A stretch of DNA of 64,000 bases, from contig DASVWN010000024.1 in NCBI GenBank assembly GCA_036393195.1, positions 6,880 to 70,879 of the forward strand, read 5' to 3'. Below the pieces are notes generated by a model that had not been told where the DNA came from, searched no databases, and was given only the letters and a program-made list of their open reading frames with translations. Positions 62,448 to 64,000 of this stretch are shown here, in pieces. Source of the DNA: Gemmatimonadaceae bacterium (lineage in GTDB: Bacteria; Gemmatimonadota; Gemmatimonadetes; Gemmatimonadales; Gemmatimonadaceae). The position numbers and the translations under genes are program-made. Numbering within the stretch: the stretch's first letter is position 1; each line of letters begins with the position of its first letter.

Positions 62448-63599
62448 CTATCGCGTGGTATCCTTCGGCGCGGGTTTCTTTGCGCTAGCGGCGGCTGGTG
62501 TCACGGGCTTTTTCGCGGGTGCTGCCTTGACGGCCGGGACCGCCCTCGGCGCGTTCGCGGCATGTGGCGCCGTCGCAGCCGGTGTTGCTGCGGGGGAGGC
62601 CGTTCTGGCGCCAGCAGGCAGTTGGACCGATCCGGTCGCGGTCGTGGTAGTCGTCGCGGCCGTCGCGCCCGGGGCTGCCGGCGCGGACTGCGGTGCGGCG
62701 GCTGACGGAGTTGTCTGCGAGGACGGCGCCGCGCTCGATGCGGTGGAAGCAGCGTGCGCGCACGGATCGTCTTCCTGCGCGGCCGGTTTGGCGGCGACCG
62801 ACTTCTTGTGACCGAAAATGCCCTTGAGGCTGACAACTGCGGTGGTTGCGGTAGCGACTGCGGATTGAGCCTGATCGCTCGCCTTCTGAATGCCGGCTGA
62901 TCCCGTGGCGCCCGCCATCGCGGCCGCCGTTCCACCAGCTCCATTGGCGCACGGCGCCGGCGCGCTCGCGCCTGCCCCCGACGTCAGCCCCGCAAGAAAA
63001 GTTGGCGTGGACGACACGCCGTTGGCGAGTTTTTCATAGTGCAGGGGGAATTCGCCGCCGAGTGAATGCTGATTGCCTTCGTAGGAGTTGACCGTGTTGA
63101 CGGTGAGATTGAGCTCGAACTGGAAGCCGTAGATCTGCTGCCCTGGATACCACATGAGCTCGAACTGCGCGTCACCCGTCCCGCCCGGCTGGAGTGAAAA
63201 TTTTGGATCAAAGGTGGATCCGTACACCTGGCCGATACCGCGCACGCCATTGGCGCCGTACACGACGTAGCGGTTGCCCTTGTCATCCACCGCGGTACCG
63301 GATCCCTGTGCGTACGCGAGGATGAGCGGCTTTGCGGTCTTGTTGCGGAAGCGCACGACTGCGTCAATCACCTTGTAACCGCGCAGCTCGCTGGTGCGGA
63401 AGTTGGTAACGACGGCAGCGAAGTCGTTTGTCTCGGCGCAGTAGGGCGTGTTGCCACACACCAGGCCGCTGTCCGCCGCGCTGCTCGCGGCCGGCGCCGG
63501 CGCCGGCGACTGCGCTCGCGTGGCGCTCCGGGGAACGATTACCGATACGGTGCACAGTGCCACGACGCTTGCCCAGCCCACGGATGCACTGGTTTGCAT
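62448..63599 (-). CDS. secreted hypothetical protein with Ala/Pro/Thr-rich C-terminal tail
   Basis: ATG at 63599 preceded by AGGAG. Signal MQTSASVGWASVVALCTVSVIVPRSATRAQS. About 200-aa beta-rich globular part, then about 150 aa of low-complexity A/P/T/S sequence ending KKPAPKDTTR. Confidence 0.55.
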   Translation of the reverse strand: MQTSASVGWASVVALCTVSVIVPRSATRAQSPAPAPAASSAADSGLVCGNTPYCAETNDFAAVVTNFRTSELRGYKVIDAVVRFRNKTAKPLILAYAQGSGTAVDDKGNRYVVYGANGVRGIGQVYGSTFDPKFSLQPGGTGDAQFELMWYPGQQIYGFQFELNLTVNTVNSYEGNQHSLGGEFPLHYEKLANGVSSTPTFLAGLTSGAGASAPAPCANGAGGTAAAMAGATGSAGIQKASDQAQSAVATATTAVVSLKGIFGHKKSVAAKPAAQEDDPCAHAASTASSAAPSSQTTPSAAAPQSAPAAPGATAATTTTTATGSVQLPAGARTASPAATPAATAPHAANAPRAVPAVKAAPAKKPVTPAAASAKKPAPKDTTR

Positions 63600-63720
63600 G
63601 TTCCACTCTCCTGATGGTGGCTTCGAATCGGGTCCGCACACAGAACCAGTGCGCAGGACGGATGCGAAAACCGTCACGGAGTACGGCCAGGGGAGCCCAT
63701 AGGCTGCCCCTGCTTGCGGC

Positions 63721-64000
63721 TTACGGGCTCGGTGCGGGCTGCGCGAAGAGCACGAGGCTGCCGCCCGGCTCGCGCACGCCGATCTCCTCCATCCCGTAGA
63801 ACGTGCGTCGCCGGGGGACCACGATCTCCAGGCTGTCAACGGCGCGAGCGATGGCGTCGATATCGCTCACCTCGATGAAGAGTCCCGTGCTCGATCCCGC
63901 GCTCTGAGCAACGACATCGCCGACATCGTTTCGTACGCTCTCGCGACTCTGATACATCACCTCGATGCCGTCCCGGACGAGAATGACGAAGCCGAGCGCG
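63721..64000 (-). CDS. VOC-family (glyoxalase/bleomycin-resistance fold) protein, 5' end outside the window
   Basis: The reading frame is open to the window edge (...ALGFVILVRDGIEVMYQSRES...). C-terminal pattern FIEVSDIDAIARAVDSLEIVVPRRRTFYGMEEIGVREPGGSLVLFAQ is typical of VOC domains. Confidence 0.6.
   Translation of the reverse strand, partial: ALGFVILVRDGIEVMYQSRESVRNDVGDVVAQSAGSSTGLFIEVSDIDAIARAVDSLEIVVPRRRTFYGMEEIGVREPGGSLVLFAQPAPSP

Noticed and set aside
1-64000. Scan for CRISPR arrays, rRNA/tRNA genes, integrases, phage genes and recognisable defence modules (restriction-modification, Cas, TIR, SIR2, HEPN, nuclease or NTPase pairs).
   Set aside because: Nothing was found by eye. The only toxin-antitoxin-related sequences are two decayed fragments (12783-13050 and 26668-26921). 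I cannot exclude small structured RNAs without covariance-model searches.

Overview
High-GC (roughly two-thirds G+C by eye), densely coding bacterial chromosomal segment. I support about 50 protein genes, one intact IS element and several gene remnants. I saw no rRNA, tRNA or CRISPR array. The gene content (exported HEAT-repeat proteins behind an ECF sigma factor, TonB-dependent receptor with glycosidases, OPT transporter, many secreted peptidases) fits a soil Gemmatimonadota- or Acidobacteriota-like organism, but that is inference only.

Layout:
- 1-12.6 kb: metal (copper) homeostasis neighbourhood. It holds a CPH-type P1B ATPase flanked by a small Cys/His/Met-rich ORF and a Met-rich outer-membrane barrel, then an S15 peptidase, a YVTN beta-propeller, DUF411/CopG, an SBP56-like propeller and a multicopper oxidase.
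- 12.6-13.9 kb: decayed DNA with PIN-toxin and esterase fragments.
- 13.9-20.3 kb: small housekeeping or accessory genes (GNAT, DinB, ankyrin, membrane proteins, ICMT-like methyltransferase, alpha/beta hydrolase).
- 20.3-26.7 kb: RND efflux operon with a terminator-like hairpin in its leader.
- 26.8-32.9 kb: OPT transporter translationally coupled to a 1378-aa beta-propeller/GH38-like fusion.
- 33.3-34.6 kb: an unknown small gene plus a tandem-YbjQ pair.
- 34.6-39.0 kb: five-gene ECF sigma / anti-sigma / three exported HEAT-repeat paralogues operon.
- 39-45.4 kb: M1 peptidase, MFS transporter, DUF71 ATP pyrophosphatase, HD protein, GNAT.
- 45.4-46.6 kb: intact IS5-family element with a CTAG target duplication.
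- 46.6-56.5 kb: TonB receptor/GH65/GDE_C-like/GH36-like carbohydrate locus.
- 56.6-64 kb: FecR-WxxGxW protein with an NVT tandem repeat, DUF4342, S10 carboxypeptidase, WecB/TagA, an HExxH membrane protein ending in a tandem repeat, a secreted low-complexity protein and a partial VOC gene.

No recognisable defence, nuclease or toxin system is present apart from decayed toxin-antitoxin fragments. My best candidates for something undescribed are the ECF-HEAT operon, the ATPase/outer-membrane copper trio with the neighbouring SBP56-like gene, and the OPT/propeller-GH38 pair. All functional calls rest on motif recognition by eye, not on database searches.
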